Source of the DNA: a virus
Lineage: Duplodnaviria > Caudoviricetes
DNA: 62,739 bases
Virus record (IMG/VR): IMGVR_UViG_3300041935_000004
Coordinates: 1-62,739 of that record
Direction: 5' to 3' (one strand)
Under the pieces are notes generated by a model. That model ran no database searches. It was given only the letters and a program-made list of their open reading frames with translations, and was not told where the DNA came from. A program made the position numbers and the translations under genes. Within the stretch, counting starts at the first letter, position 1. Every line of letters begins with the position of its first letter. Of this stretch, positions 37,424 to 47,378 are shown piece after piece.

Positions 37424-37669
37424 TTAGCCGTTCGGCTTGTCAGCCGAACCGCTGACCTCACCATCGGTGCCGAACGCACCGGAATTCCCCGGGTCGGAGA
37501 CATCCCCGTTGTTGACCACCCGGCGCCCGCCGTCGGCGTCCTGCGCCGCGTCGCCCACCTGGCCGTCACGATTGGCGTCCTCGGCCTTCGCGGCGTCGGC
37601 ACGATCGTCGTCGGGAAAGACCTCCGGAACATTCTCGGAAGCCGCGTCCTCATTCTTGTGCTTGCTCAT
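37424..37669 (-). CDS. Small acidic low-complexity protein
   Basis: Coupled ORF with RBS. Confidence 0.55.
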   Translation of the reverse strand: MSKHKNEDAASENVPEVFPDDDRADAAKAEDANRDGQVGDAAQDADGGRRVVNNGDVSDPGNSGAFGTDGEVSGSADKPNG

Positions 37670-38094
37670 TATTGATTCCCCCCAGAATCGGTTTCTTCCA
37701 CAGGCGCATCAGGTACGCCGGGGTCCTCAGCCGGTGGCGCATCGGCCGGTGGTTCATCGGCCGATGGTTCATCGGCCGATGGTTCTTCTTCGGGCGCCGG
37801 CTCCGGAATGGGCGGCAGCTCCGGGACCTCGATCGACCGGCGCGGATACGTGTACTGGGAGAGCTGATCGGGCGCCATCGGATTGGGCGAACCCCACGAG
37901 TCGGCGATCCACCAGCCACGTTCGATCTGCCACGTGGTCCACAGGGTCATCTGCAAATTTCCGTCGTCGCCGGAAAACGCAACCTGGTCACCGAAGCGCT
38001 CGGCCAACCAGTCGGCAGTTTCCTGCCCGCCGTCCCACTGAATGATCTCGATCGGGTTTTCGTTGCGCTGCACAACACTGATGGCGGTACTCAC
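37669..38094 (-). CDS. Hypothetical protein (IQWDG motif) with PSADE-repeat tail
   Basis: IQWDGG; 15-bp repeats around 37740-37785. Confidence 0.65.
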   Translation of the reverse strand: MSTAISVVQRNENPIEIIQWDGGQETADWLAERFGDQVAFSGDDGNLQMTLWTTWQIERGWWIADSWGSPNPMAPDQLSQYTYPRRSIEVPELPPIPEPAPEEEPSADEPSADEPPADAPPAEDPGVPDAPVEETDSGGNQ

Positions 38095-38136
38095 CGCGCC
38101 CCCTAAAAAAAGTCAATTCGCCCCAGGCTGGGGGCG

Positions 38137-38862
38137 TCAGACGTTCTGGACGCCGACCCAGAACGTCGGCGCGTACTGGGTTCCGTTCAGGCCCGCAGCA
38201 CTCGCATATGTCGGCGACAAGGCCGGCGGTGCAGCCGTCACCGTGTTCCAGGTGATCGACGTGTCCAGCATTCCGCCGATCCCGTTGCCGGTGAAGTACG
38301 CGGCGACAGTGGGGTTGCTCGGTAGCCGCATGCTGACGCTCATGAGGTTCGGTATCCGCATCGCTATCGTTGGATAGGCGGACGTCGTGTAGGCCCACGT
38401 CGCCATCCAATAGAGCGCCTGGCCGGAAAACGTTGTCGTGGCATCGAGCACCGTGGCTGTCGCCACCCCGGTCGCAGTCCCGGGGAAGCTCACCAAATCC
38501 GTGATTTTCGCGGACGGGAGCCCCGTGGACGCATCCGACGAATAGACCGACGTGTAGATCGTGGACCCTGCGCCGACCGCGTTCACGTAGCAGCGAGCGC
38601 CAGTGAATCGGCCAGGGCGGCTCATCATGAACGGCCAAATATAAGCCGTGCCGCTCGCCAGGGCAATGTAGCTGGACGAGAATACCGGGGGCTGATACCA
38701 GTAGTCGGCCGCCGCCGATGTGGACCATGAGTTGTCGATCATGAAACCGAAGGTTCCCGCACGCGGGGCCGTACCAGCGACGGCCGACAAACCACCGTCA
38801 GTCCCGAACGTGGCGCGGTTGTCACTGTCTGCGGAAATCCGCAGAGTAACGCCTACGGCCAT
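38137..38862 (-). CDS. Fibre paralogue 3
   Basis: ISADSDNRATFGTDGGL; IDNSW; LYWMATW. Confidence 0.75.
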   Translation of the reverse strand: MAVGVTLRISADSDNRATFGTDGGLSAVAGTAPRAGTFGFMIDNSWSTSAAADYWYQPPVFSSSYIALASGTAYIWPFMMSRPGRFTGARCYVNAVGAGSTIYTSVYSSDASTGLPSAKITDLVSFPGTATGVATATVLDATTTFSGQALYWMATWAYTTSAYPTIAMRIPNLMSVSMRLPSNPTVAAYFTGNGIGGMLDTSITWNTVTAAPPALSPTYASAAGLNGTQYAPTFWVGVQNV

Positions 38863-38874
38863 ACGATCGCCCCC

Positions 38875-39579
38875 TTAGACATTGGCGAATCCGAACCACA
38901 TCATGGGCAGCAGAGAGGTCGTCGAACCGCTCAAGGTAACCGTGGCGGGGGCGTTAGAAAGACTCGACCAATTCGCTGTCGTGTCGCTGGTACCGAAATA
39001 CGTAGTAGTGAAGTTCGACGCGGTCAACGTGGCCGCCCGGTAGGGGAAGCAGAACGAGGACGTTCTCGCGGTAACCGTGGCGGCGGCACCGTTGTACCAG
39101 GACGCCATCCAGTACAGCTTGTAGGCACTCAGAACCGTGGTGGTATCCCGCGCAGTCGCGGCCCGAACCCCGGTGGTCGCGCATTGGAAGTACAGCAGAT
39201 CGGCGACCTTGGCGCCCGGATTTCCGGTGGAAGGGTCAGAAGCGTACACCGAGTGGTAATACTGCGACCCGGCTGCCGCCGTGGTGACATTGATCGTGCC
39301 GCCCACGCACCGTGCATCCCGGGTGATCATCAGCGGCCACAACTGGCAGTTACCCAGCCCCGAATTCATCGTGGTGGTTCCGCCGGCCCCGCTGAGCGGG
39401 TAGTGATAGGGCGTCGAGGCCGTGCCCCAAGAATTATCGATCGCGTAGCTGAATACCCCGCCGCGCTGGTTGATTGCCGGCTGGGGGCAGAGCAACCCGC
39501 CGTCGGTCCCGAACGCGAGCGTGTTACCGCTGTCCGAAGACAGATTAATGGCGATGGTAGAACTCATCAACGCCCCCAT
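38875..39579 (-). CDS. Fibre paralogue 2
   Basis: LSSDSGNTLAFGTDGGL; IDNSW; LYWMASW. Confidence 0.75.
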   Translation of the reverse strand: MGALMSSTIAINLSSDSGNTLAFGTDGGLLCPQPAINQRGGVFSYAIDNSWGTASTPYHYPLSGAGGTTTMNSGLGNCQLWPLMITRDARCVGGTINVTTAAAGSQYYHSVYASDPSTGNPGAKVADLLYFQCATTGVRAATARDTTTVLSAYKLYWMASWYNGAAATVTARTSSFCFPYRAATLTASNFTTTYFGTSDTTANWSSLSNAPATVTLSGSTTSLLPMMWFGFANV

Positions 39580-40296
39580 TTAGACATTGGTGACCTGCCA
39601 CCAGATAAAAGGCATGCTCTGTGCGACGTTCACCGTGTTGGCAGTGTTCGGCGCGAGCGTTGCCGGCGCGGTGGTGAGACCGGCCCACGTGGTGGCCGGC
39701 TCCGGGAACCCGGCGTTCGCCCCGCCCGTGGTGAACTGCCCAACAGCGGTCGGGGGACCGTTCTGCCGGAGCGGGAACATCGAAGCGTTGAGCCGCGACG
39801 TCACCGACGGAACGGTGCCGTAGCTGTACCAGAACGCCATCCAATACAACGTCCGTCCGACGTAAACAGTCGCCGTGTCCCGCATTGTTGTCGCCGCCAC
39901 GGCGCCGGCCGCCGCGGAACTCCACTGGGCTTGATCCGCGATCTTCGCGGCGGGCATCCCCGTGACCGAGTTGGACGCGTACGTGGAGGCGTAAAGGTTG
40001 TAACTCCCACTTGCCGCAGTCACATTGACGCTCATCTGCTGCACCGTGCAGGACTTGGCGAACATGAAGGGAAACACGGACGCCGTGGCGCCGAAGATCA
40101 TGGTCGACGTGGACCCCGTCGCGAGGGTGTACCAGAATTGCTGCCCGGCACCGACCCACGAATTGTCCAGCGTGTACGCCGGATTGAGCCCGGCCATCGC
40201 CGAGTAGGGCGACCCCACATAGATGCCGCCATCCGCGCCGATCTTGGCGAGATTCCCGGCGTCCGTGGACGTCTTCGCGGAGAACACGTAAGGCAT
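39580..40296 (-). CDS. Fibre paralogue 1
   Basis: TSTDAGNLAKIGADGGI; LDNSW; LYWMAFW. Confidence 0.75.
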   Translation of the reverse strand: MPYVFSAKTSTDAGNLAKIGADGGIYVGSPYSAMAGLNPAYTLDNSWVGAGQQFWYTLATGSTSTMIFGATASVFPFMFAKSCTVQQMSVNVTAASGSYNLYASTYASNSVTGMPAAKIADQAQWSSAAAGAVAATTMRDTATVYVGRTLYWMAFWYSYGTVPSVTSRLNASMFPLRQNGPPTAVGQFTTGGANAGFPEPATTWAGLTTAPATLAPNTANTVNVAQSMPFIWWQVTNV

Positions 40297-40307
40297 TTAG
40301 TCCCCCG

Positions 40308-43300
40308 TCAGGACGTAGTCAGGGAGTAGAAGTAACGCGGGACGAACATGTATGGCGTCAACTGCGACGACGTCCACGAAATGGCCGCCGCCGATGTCGC
40401 GGTGCCAGCGTCGGCGCCGGAGTAGTAGATCGACGAAGAGCTGCTACCCAGGCCGCCGCTGGTCCACAAAGTGGGGTTGGCGTTAATCGTCGCGAGGGTC
40501 AGCGGCGGGGTGGGTATCCCCGCGTCGCGCTGGCTGGACAAGCCGCCCTGGGACGCGTTGGCCGACCAGCCGAGCAGCACCCAATACTGGGTGCCGGCCG
40601 TCAATGTCACGGACAGGCCGGTGATGGTCATCATCCCGGCGGCGTTGTAGTTGTACGACCCGAGGTAGCCGACCCGGACGAACTGCTGATTGGGGACGTC
40701 GATCGTGTAGAGGTTCACGTACCCGGTGACGTTCGTGTTGGGGCCGGTCACTGCGTTCAGCGACAACTGGGTCAGCGTGGCCGTCCTGGCGACTCCCAGC
40801 GGTGCCAGGATCGCCTGGCTGGCGGCGAGGGTGTTGGTCGACTGCTGAACTGTCGGCATGGGGTAGGCGTAGGAGCCGCTGACGTTCGGGATCGCGTACT
40901 GCCCGCCGCTGCTACCGGGCACGCTGACCACGTACGGCACGGCGGCGGTACCCGACCCGGTGATCGCGGCGTTGATCCCGGCGACAATCTTGGTTTCCGA
41001 ACCGTCGACGTTCGCCGAGCCGCTGACGGTCATGCCGTTTCCGGCGACGATGTTGTCTGTGGTGCCGTAGACGGTGACGGCGGTACCCGGACCGGCCGTG
41101 TACGTCCCGGTCGGAGTCGGGGCGACCGTGGCCGAGGTGGCGGCGTCAGTGATGTCGAAGACCGTCAGGAATTTCGGCGAAGCACCGCTGGTGTATTCCG
41201 ACCAGGTGAGGTTGGACTGCCAGCTGATCTTGACGGTGTAGACGCCGGTAGTGGCGCACGTGTAGGCCGGGCTTTGGCCTCGGGCGGTCACATAGCCGCT
41301 CGTCGTCGGCAGGCCGGTGCAACGGTCGAGGACGTTGCTGATCGTGGAGGTGGTGTCACCTGCACCGCTGGAAAGAGAGACGGTGATCTGGCCGAGGTTG
41401 CCGACGCTCGTGGTCAGGCCCTGTATCGACGAGCCGTAGGTGACGGCGTAGGTGCGTCCGGCCGTCATCGCCACGTTGATGCCGTACACGAAAGTCTCAG
41501 TGTTCGCCGCGACCGTCGCCGCGGAGTTGACGGTGCTGGACTTGCCCGAGGCCACGACGTACGCCCCGCCACCCGACCCACCGGTTCCGGCTGAGCCGTC
41601 GGCGCCCTTGGGGATGCCGAAGTTGAAGATCGCGGCGTTGCTGTTGCCGGTGTTGGTGACGGTCGCGGCTGAGCCGGCGGCCAGTGTCGTGGTGGTTCCC
41701 ACGGCGACGGTCGCGGCGGTTCCGGTGGCGCCGGCCGGCCCGGTGGCCCCGGTCGCGCCGGTGGTGCCCTGGGGTCCGGTGGAGCCAGCCGGGCCGGTCG
41801 CGCCGGTGTCGCCCTTGACGCCTTGGATGCCCTGGCTGCCGGTAGCCCCAGTGGCGCCCGTGGGTCCAGCGGTGCCAGTCGGTCCGGTCGCGCCCACAGG
41901 CCCCGTCGGTCCAGCTGCACCGTCGGCCCCGGTGGCGCCGGTGTCGCCCTTGGTGCCGGTGGGTCCGGCCGCGCCGGTCGCGCCAGTGTCGCCCTTGACC
42001 CCGGCCACACCTTGGATGCCTTGCGCCCCGGCGGTGCCGGTGTCGCCTTTGACGCCTTGGGCGCCCTGGGGTCCGACCGGCCCGGCCGGGCCTGCCGGGC
42101 CGATGTCGCCCTGGGGTCCGACCGCGCCGGTCGCCCCGGTGGCGCCGGTTGTTCCTGCTGCGCCGGTGGCGCCGGTGGGTCCTGCCGGGCCGGTCGCCCC
42201 GGCTACACCTGCGGTGCCGGGGTCGCCCTTGGGGCCGGGGTCGCCGGGATCGCCCTTGTCGCCCTTGGGGCCGGTCGCTCCGGTGGCGCCCACGCCCGCG
42301 TTGGACGCGGGCACCAGCAGCCCGCCGTCGGTGCCGAGTGCGGCGGCGTTCCCGGCGTCGGCCGAGAGTTTCACGTCGTACTTGCTGGAGGCGTATTTGA
42401 GTGTGGTCCCCAGCGCCCCGGTCACCGTGGTCAGGACGTCGGCGGAGCTGCCTGCGGCACCCGCCGGGCCGGTCGCCCCGGTGGGTCCGGCCGGTCCGGT
42501 GTCGCCGGTGTCGCCCTTGACGCCTTGGATGCCCTGGCTGCCGGTGTCGCCCTTGACGCCGGTGGCGCCGGTCGCTCCGGTGGGGCCGATGGCGCCTTGT
42601 GCTCCGGCCACGCCCGCGACGCCTTGCGGCCCGGTGAGACCGACGGGTCCTTGCGCGCCGGTCGTCCCGGCGGGTCCGGTCGCGCCGGTGGGGCCGGGTG
42701 TGCCTGCCGACCCGGTGGGGCCGGTCGCTCCTGCGGGTCCGGTCAGTCCGGTGTCGCCCTTGAGGCCCTGGGGGCCGGTGGATCCGGCCGGGCCGGTGGC
42801 GCCGAGCAGGCCTTGGGGTCCGATCGGGCCTTGCGCACCGGCCGGGCCGGTCGCCCCGGTGACCCCAGCGGTGCCGGTGTCGCCCTTGTCTCCCTTGTCG
42901 CCCTTCGGGCCTTGGGGACCTTGAACGCCGACGGTGTTGCCGTTGGAGTCCACGACGACCGACGGGACGTAGAGACCGTTGTCGCTGCCGTACTCGGCGC
43001 TGTTGTTCGCGTCCGAGGACAGCTTGACGAACAGCTGCCCGTTGGTGAATCCGAGACCGTTACCGGCGGCGTCTTCCAGGGACGCGCCCCCGCCGTCAGC
43101 CCCCAAGTCGGGCACGGTGGCCTGACCGGCGTCCAGCGCGACGTTGGCGGACACGGCCTTCATGTAGAGGCTGGTGACGCCCTCAGGCCCGTACACGTCG
43201 GGCATGTCGCCGCTGCGGTCCGAGCGGATCAGTGACCCGGGGATGACGCGTAGACCGTCGATGGTGCGGATGTCGGCCGGTGAATCGGTGTTCAGGTCGG

Positions 43301-43361
43301 TGTCGATCCGCACCTGCGTAAAGGGCGGAACGTCGGGCAGGCGGAAATACTTACGCGCCAC
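40308..43361 (-). CDS. Collagen-like fibre protein
   Basis: Two long Gly-X-Y tracts (GATGPAG, GDTG), beta-rich C-terminal domains. Confidence 0.9.
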   Translation of the reverse strand: MARKYFRLPDVPPFTQVRIDTDLNTDSPADIRTIDGLRVIPGSLIRSDRSGDMPDVYGPEGVTSLYMKAVSANVALDAGQATVPDLGADGGGASLEDAAGNGLGFTNGQLFVKLSSDANNSAEYGSDNGLYVPSVVVDSNGNTVGVQGPQGPKGDKGDKGDTGTAGVTGATGPAGAQGPIGPQGLLGATGPAGSTGPQGLKGDTGLTGPAGATGPTGSAGTPGPTGATGPAGTTGAQGPVGLTGPQGVAGVAGAQGAIGPTGATGATGVKGDTGSQGIQGVKGDTGDTGPAGPTGATGPAGAAGSSADVLTTVTGALGTTLKYASSKYDVKLSADAGNAAALGTDGGLLVPASNAGVGATGATGPKGDKGDPGDPGPKGDPGTAGVAGATGPAGPTGATGAAGTTGATGATGAVGPQGDIGPAGPAGPVGPQGAQGVKGDTGTAGAQGIQGVAGVKGDTGATGAAGPTGTKGDTGATGADGAAGPTGPVGATGPTGTAGPTGATGATGSQGIQGVKGDTGATGPAGSTGPQGTTGATGATGPAGATGTAATVAVGTTTTLAAGSAATVTNTGNSNAAIFNFGIPKGADGSAGTGGSGGGAYVVASGKSSTVNSAATVAANTETFVYGINVAMTAGRTYAVTYGSSIQGLTTSVGNLGQITVSLSSGAGDTTSTISNVLDRCTGLPTTSGYVTARGQSPAYTCATTGVYTVKISWQSNLTWSEYTSGASPKFLTVFDITDAATSATVAPTPTGTYTAGPGTAVTVYGTTDNIVAGNGMTVSGSANVDGSETKIVAGINAAITGSGTAAVPYVVSVPGSSGGQYAIPNVSGSYAYPMPTVQQSTNTLAASQAILAPLGVARTATLTQLSLNAVTGPNTNVTGYVNLYTIDVPNQQFVRVGYLGSYNYNAAGMMTITGLSVTLTAGTQYWVLLGWSANASQGGLSSQRDAGIPTPPLTLATINANPTLWTSGGLGSSSSSIYYSGADAGTATSAAAISWTSSQLTPYMFVPRYFYSLTTS

Positions 43362-43956
43362 GGCGGCTTTCCTCCTGCCAGAATTCGACGGTGGTGGTGT
43401 TGGTGCGCGTGATGTCGCCGGGACTTTCGTCCTGGCCGACCAACCACGGATCCACAGCGAAGCGGGCCAGCGGGATCAGCCCGAGGGCGTAGTCCACGTG
43501 GGTTCTGGTGGTCGCCAGCGCGGCGGACAGGCGTTGCGGATAGGCGGCCAGGTAGGCGTGCGAGCGCAGCATCCGGCGTGGCCGCACCAGGCCCGGTACG
43601 ACCGGTTCGGGTGCGGTGAGGTGCTGCCCGCCGAGGTGGACCAGTTCCCACCCCGAGGGCAGCGTCAGGTCGGAGAGAACCTGGGTGAAGCCGTCGGTGA
43701 ACACGGCGTCGTCTTCGCAGATCAGCGTCGGCCCGTCGGCGAGAGCGAGCGCCCGGACGTGGGAGTCCCAGCAGCCCCACGTTCCGCGCGGGTACTTGTT
43801 CCAGCGCGGATCCGTGGGTGCTTCCACGGCCTGGTCGGTGCCCCACACGATGTGGACGGGGATCCCGAGGGCCACGTGCGCCCAGCGGTCGAGGAACCGG
43901 TCCAGACGATCAGCGCGGCGTCGCAGGGTGATCACGTACGCCGACGCCGGCCTCAT
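43351..43956 (-). CDS. Glycosyltransferase family 25-like protein
   Basis: [28 protein letters not shown]. Confidence 0.85.
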   Translation of the reverse strand: MRPASAYVITLRRRADRLDRFLDRWAHVALGIPVHIVWGTDQAVEAPTDPRWNKYPRGTWGCWDSHVRALALADGPTLICEDDAVFTDGFTQVLSDLTLPSGWELVHLGGQHLTAPEPVVPGLVRPRRMLRSHAYLAAYPQRLSAALATTRTHVDYALGLIPLARFAVDPWLVGQDESPGDITRTNTTTVEFWQEESRRGA

Positions 43957-44309
43957 TCCCGCACGAAACCCTTGCGGGTCAGCACGTCGATGATGTCGCG
44001 GCGGCTCATGATCGTGCTGACCGGTACGGCGCACTGCGCCGCGAACGCCGCCCATTCCCGCCGGCCCGAACCCGGCCCGGACGGCGGGGGCGGCACCAGC
44101 AGCTGGCTGCCCTCGTGGTGCCCGGGCGGGTCGAAGTCGTCATCGGTCAACGACGGAACTTCTTCGGTGAATTCGATGACGTGGTCTCCGACGAGGGGCA
44201 ACGCCCACGCCGGGATGGGGTCCCCCGGCGTGAAGTTGTGATGCATTCCCGTGTCGTCGGTGACCGCGACGAACGCGGTAAACACCGCGTTCTGCGTCTG
44301 CATGCTCAT
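43953..44309 (-). CDS. Capsid-adjacent hypothetical protein
   Basis: PGDPIPAWA; C-terminal WAAFA...MSRRDII helical module. Confidence 0.7.
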   Translation of the reverse strand: MSMQTQNAVFTAFVAVTDDTGMHHNFTPGDPIPAWALPLVGDHVIEFTEEVPSLTDDDFDPPGHHEGSQLLVPPPPSGPGSGRREWAAFAAQCAVPVSTIMSRRDIIDVLTRKGFVRE

Positions 44310-44312
44310 GGG

Positions 44313-45332
44313 TTACGCCGCGATCTTGGCCACGAACGTCAGGTTCGGGTTGACGACCACCGGCAGCGCGATCGCCGCGGCCTTCGTCCACAGCGCCACC
44401 GGGTCCCACGTGGTGTAGGTCCCGGCGACGACACCGGCCTCGTTCCCGGCCAGGCCGTAGCTGGGCTCCGACGCCTCGGCGGTGGTCCCCCACAGCACCC
44501 GGCCCAGCTGCCCGGCGTCCGCGCCGCCCGGCAGGAAGATCAGGATGTTGTCGGGGATGACGCGCGTGTCCACGCCCGCGACGCGGACCTTCGCGTCGTA
44601 GAAGTCGATGCCCGGCAGCCCGAACGCGGTGAGCACGCCCCGCACGTCGGTGTCCTTGACCAGCGCGGCCGGCGACCCCTGGGGGTAGACCAGCCCCTTG
44701 ATCTGGGCGTTCTGCATGAGCTGGGCCATGTTCTTCTTGGCCATCAGGATCTTGCCCGGCTCCGAGCCGTTGACGTCCACGTAGCTCTGCTGCCACGCCA
44801 GCAGGTCAGTGAGCGGCTTGGCGTTGGCCAGGTCGGTCCAGTAGGTACCGGCCGTCACCGAGTTACCGGCGTTGCGGCCGAAGTCCACGGCGGCGCTGAC
44901 GCCGTTCTCCGAAATGGTCACCTTGCCGTTGACCAGGGCATCGCCCCGGGCCAGTTCGACGCGGGCGGCGAGGCTCCGGGTCATGCGCTCCAGGTCGGAG
45001 TAGATCGCGTTCGTGATCTGCGAATCAAGGTTGCGGCTCTTGAGCCGGTCGTACTCACCCAGGCGGATCTTGCGGCTCAGCGGCGGCAGTTCACCCTGCG
45101 TGCGGGTGATGCCGGGCCGGGCGCCCAGGGGCGCCTCCGCGTCGTAGCTGCGGTACGTGGCGGCCTCGATCAGGCCTTCCCCGCCCCGGGTGAAGCGGTA
45201 GTCCAGATCGTTGATCGTCTGGGACGGCAGGTACTGGGAAAGGGTGAACTGGTTGATTTCCAGGTCCGCCAGCGCCGTGCGGGCGTAGCCGGTCAGTTCT
45301 GCCGGGTCGCCGAAGTCGGTGTACAGGTACAT
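44313..45332 (-). CDS. Major capsid protein (lambda gpE-like)
   Basis: ATYRSYDAE, GELPPLS, DPVALWTKAAAIALPV; synteny. Confidence 0.92.
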   Translation of the reverse strand: MYLYTDFGDPAELTGYARTALADLEINQFTLSQYLPSQTINDLDYRFTRGGEGLIEAATYRSYDAEAPLGARPGITRTQGELPPLSRKIRLGEYDRLKSRNLDSQITNAIYSDLERMTRSLAARVELARGDALVNGKVTISENGVSAAVDFGRNAGNSVTAGTYWTDLANAKPLTDLLAWQQSYVDVNGSEPGKILMAKKNMAQLMQNAQIKGLVYPQGSPAALVKDTDVRGVLTAFGLPGIDFYDAKVRVAGVDTRVIPDNILIFLPGGADAGQLGRVLWGTTAEASEPSYGLAGNEAGVVAGTYTTWDPVALWTKAAAIALPVVVNPNLTFVAKIAA

Positions 45333-45350
45333 GGTCTAGTTCCCCCTTTC

Positions 45351-45746
45351 TCAGACGAACCAGATGCGACCGGCGACAGCGGACTGCCCGGCCGAGTCGA
45401 CGGTGATCGGAAGCTTCGCCAGCACAATGCGGCCGTGGTCGAGTAGTGCGCCCACGGCGTCGATGCTGGTGCTGTGAATCGGCACGGAATCGAGCAGGAA
45501 ACCGACGAGGGTTCCCGCGCCGGCCGAACCGCCGGAGGTGTAAACGGTGTACTTCCCGGCGTTACCGCCGGAGGTGTACTGGGCCAGTGGCGTACCCGAG
45601 GGAATGAATCCGTTCGGGAAGTGGGTGGCCGGGGTGAGCGACGAGGTAACGATGGTGACGGAACGCGCATTCGTCGTTCCGTGCTCGCTACCCAGCCACG
45701 TCTGATCGGCTTGCAGAAAGGTCTGCGAGCGCTGCGTGAGCTGCAT
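45351..45746 (-). CDS. Head decoration protein
   Basis: DQTWLGSEHG, IPSGTPL, GFL; between scaffold and capsid. Confidence 0.85.
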   Translation of the reverse strand: MQLTQRSQTFLQADQTWLGSEHGTTNARSVTIVTSSLTPATHFPNGFIPSGTPLAQYTSGGNAGKYTVYTSGGSAGAGTLVGFLLDSVPIHSTSIDAVGALLDHGRIVLAKLPITVDSAGQSAVAGRIWFV

Positions 45747-45755
45747 TGGAGACTC

Positions 45756-46370
45756 CTATGAGAACAACGGAGGCGCCGCACCGGGCTTGTGCCGGGCGGC
45801 GAATGCCGCAGCGCCGGATTCCAACCCACGCTTCGGCTCGCCCGGCCGCGGACCCTGACCGAAACCGCCGGGGCGATTCGTCGTCGTGGTCGCGGGTGCG
45901 ATTCCGTCGATGAATGAAGTGACCTTGGCCGAGTCGACATCGCCGGCCTCGGTGAGAAAAACGGTCTTGTTGACGCCGGCCAGCAGCGCCGAAAGCGCCG
46001 CATCCGACAGCCGGCCAGCAGCGGCGGCCGTCAAATGGGCGTCGACCAGACGGGAACCGAATTCGCCCCGCGCCTTGCTGTAGGCCTGCGCCTCGGCGTC
46101 CTGGCGGACCTGGTCGAGGGCCTTTTCCTGATCGGTCTTGGCCTCGTTGACGAACTTCTCCCACTGCGCGGCACGCGACTTCAGGTCGTCGTAGTCGGCG
46201 AACTTGGCCTTTTCCCGGCTGAGCCGGTCGGCCACGATCCGATCCACATCCGCCTGCGTGAATGCCGTGTTCGTCGGGGTGTTGGTTGTCCCCGACGCTG
46301 CGGTGGTGGTGGTGCTTTCCTGCCCGCCCGTAGACGTGGTGGTGCCGTTCTCGCCAGTCTCGGCGCCCAT
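45756..46370 (-). CDS. Scaffolding protein
   Basis: FTQADVDRIVADRL...YDDLK. Confidence 0.88.
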   Translation of the reverse strand: MGAETGENGTTTSTGGQESTTTTAASGTTNTPTNTAFTQADVDRIVADRLSREKAKFADYDDLKSRAAQWEKFVNEAKTDQEKALDQVRQDAEAQAYSKARGEFGSRLVDAHLTAAAAGRLSDAALSALLAGVNKTVFLTEAGDVDSAKVTSFIDGIAPATTTTNRPGGFGQGPRPGEPKRGLESGAAAFAARHKPGAAPPLFS

Positions 46371-46409
46371 GCGAATTCCCCCGTTAGCCCGTCGGCCCTG
46401 CCCTGGGTT

Positions 46410-47285
46410 TTAAGAGGGCGTTTCCTTGTCGTGCGTGGTGTCGTCCTCAACTTGGGACGGGCCACGGAAACGATTTCCCTCATACGTCAGCACCGGCCCC
46501 AGTTCGCCGTGCTGCCGGATCGTGAACCGCGTTTCTTTCAGTTCCTGCGCGGTGGTGGCGCCGGCCTTGGCGTACACCGACTGAATGTCGGCGTCGTTGA
46601 TCGCCTGGCCATAGTCGGCGTTTTCGTCGGTCACCGGCACCACTTCGCATTTGCAGCGGAAGTGGATCGGCAACAGTTGCCCTTTGGCGTACGTGTTGTG
46701 ACTGGCCACGATGCACAGGCCGCAGGAGGCCCCGGATTCGTTCAGTTCCGGGTGGATGACGCGGCGGTAATACTTGACCTGTTTCTTTTCTTTCGTGACC
46801 TGCTGGTTCTGCGCCCGCACCGCCAGAGTGATATCCATTTCGGCGACTTCTTCGGCCCGATCGGCGGTGAGGGCCTTGGCGGTGGACTGCGGTTCCAGCC
46901 GGGCCGGATTGTCGGTCAGGTAGCGGTAGTAGTCCGCGATCCGCCCGTACACGCTTTCCTGCGGTATGCCGCGCAGTTCGTCCACGTCGACCTGTTTGGC
47001 CGGCGCGACGGGCTTACCGGTCAGTAGCGCCAGTACCCGGGCCTGGTAGGCGTTCTGGGCGGCGGCGATCTGACGCTGGCGGGCGGCGGAGACCTTCGCG
47101 TTGGCCTTCGCGTACCGGGTGACGGCCTGGTAGTCACGCCAGTCCGCGTCGCTCATGCCTTTGGCCAGGGCCTTGGCGGCTTTCTTCGCGTCGTCGCTGA
47201 CGGATTTGCGGACGGCGGCCTGCGCGCGGATCAGCTTTTTGACTTCGTCTTCATAATCCGCGTCGGTCTTGGACTTCTTCGCCAC
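46410..47285 (-). CDS. MuF-like head morphogenesis protein
   Basis: YRRV..CGLC..PIHFRCKC..HGELGPVL. Confidence 0.8.
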   Translation of the reverse strand: MAKKSKTDADYEDEVKKLIRAQAAVRKSVSDDAKKAAKALAKGMSDADWRDYQAVTRYAKANAKVSAARQRQIAAAQNAYQARVLALLTGKPVAPAKQVDVDELRGIPQESVYGRIADYYRYLTDNPARLEPQSTAKALTADRAEEVAEMDITLAVRAQNQQVTKEKKQVKYYRRVIHPELNESGASCGLCIVASHNTYAKGQLLPIHFRCKCEVVPVTDENADYGQAINDADIQSVYAKAGATTAQELKETRFTIRQHGELGPVLTYEGNRFRGPSQVEDDTTHDKETPS

Positions 47286-47288
47286 GAC

Positions 47289-47378
47289 TCAGCGCAGGAC
47301 GCCGTTGTGGAAGAGCAGGATGAGGATCAGCGCCGCGAGCAGGAACGCGATCAGCCACAGCAATCCGTTGTTGGTCAC
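47289..47378 (-). CDS. 29-aa single-TM peptide (not in ORF track)
   Basis: MTNNGLLWLIAFLLAALILILLFHNGVLR*; GTGA-coupled to the portal stop. Confidence 0.6.
   Translation of the reverse strand: MTNNGLLWLIAFLLAALILILLFHNGVLR

Noticed and set aside
41452-43235. Long plus-strand ORFs (490 and 470 aa)
   Set aside because: Antisense shadows of the collagen repeats in GC-rich DNA
38137-43361. Diversity-generating retroelement acting on the fibre paralogues
   Set aside because: No reverse transcriptase and no near-identical template/variable repeat pair seen
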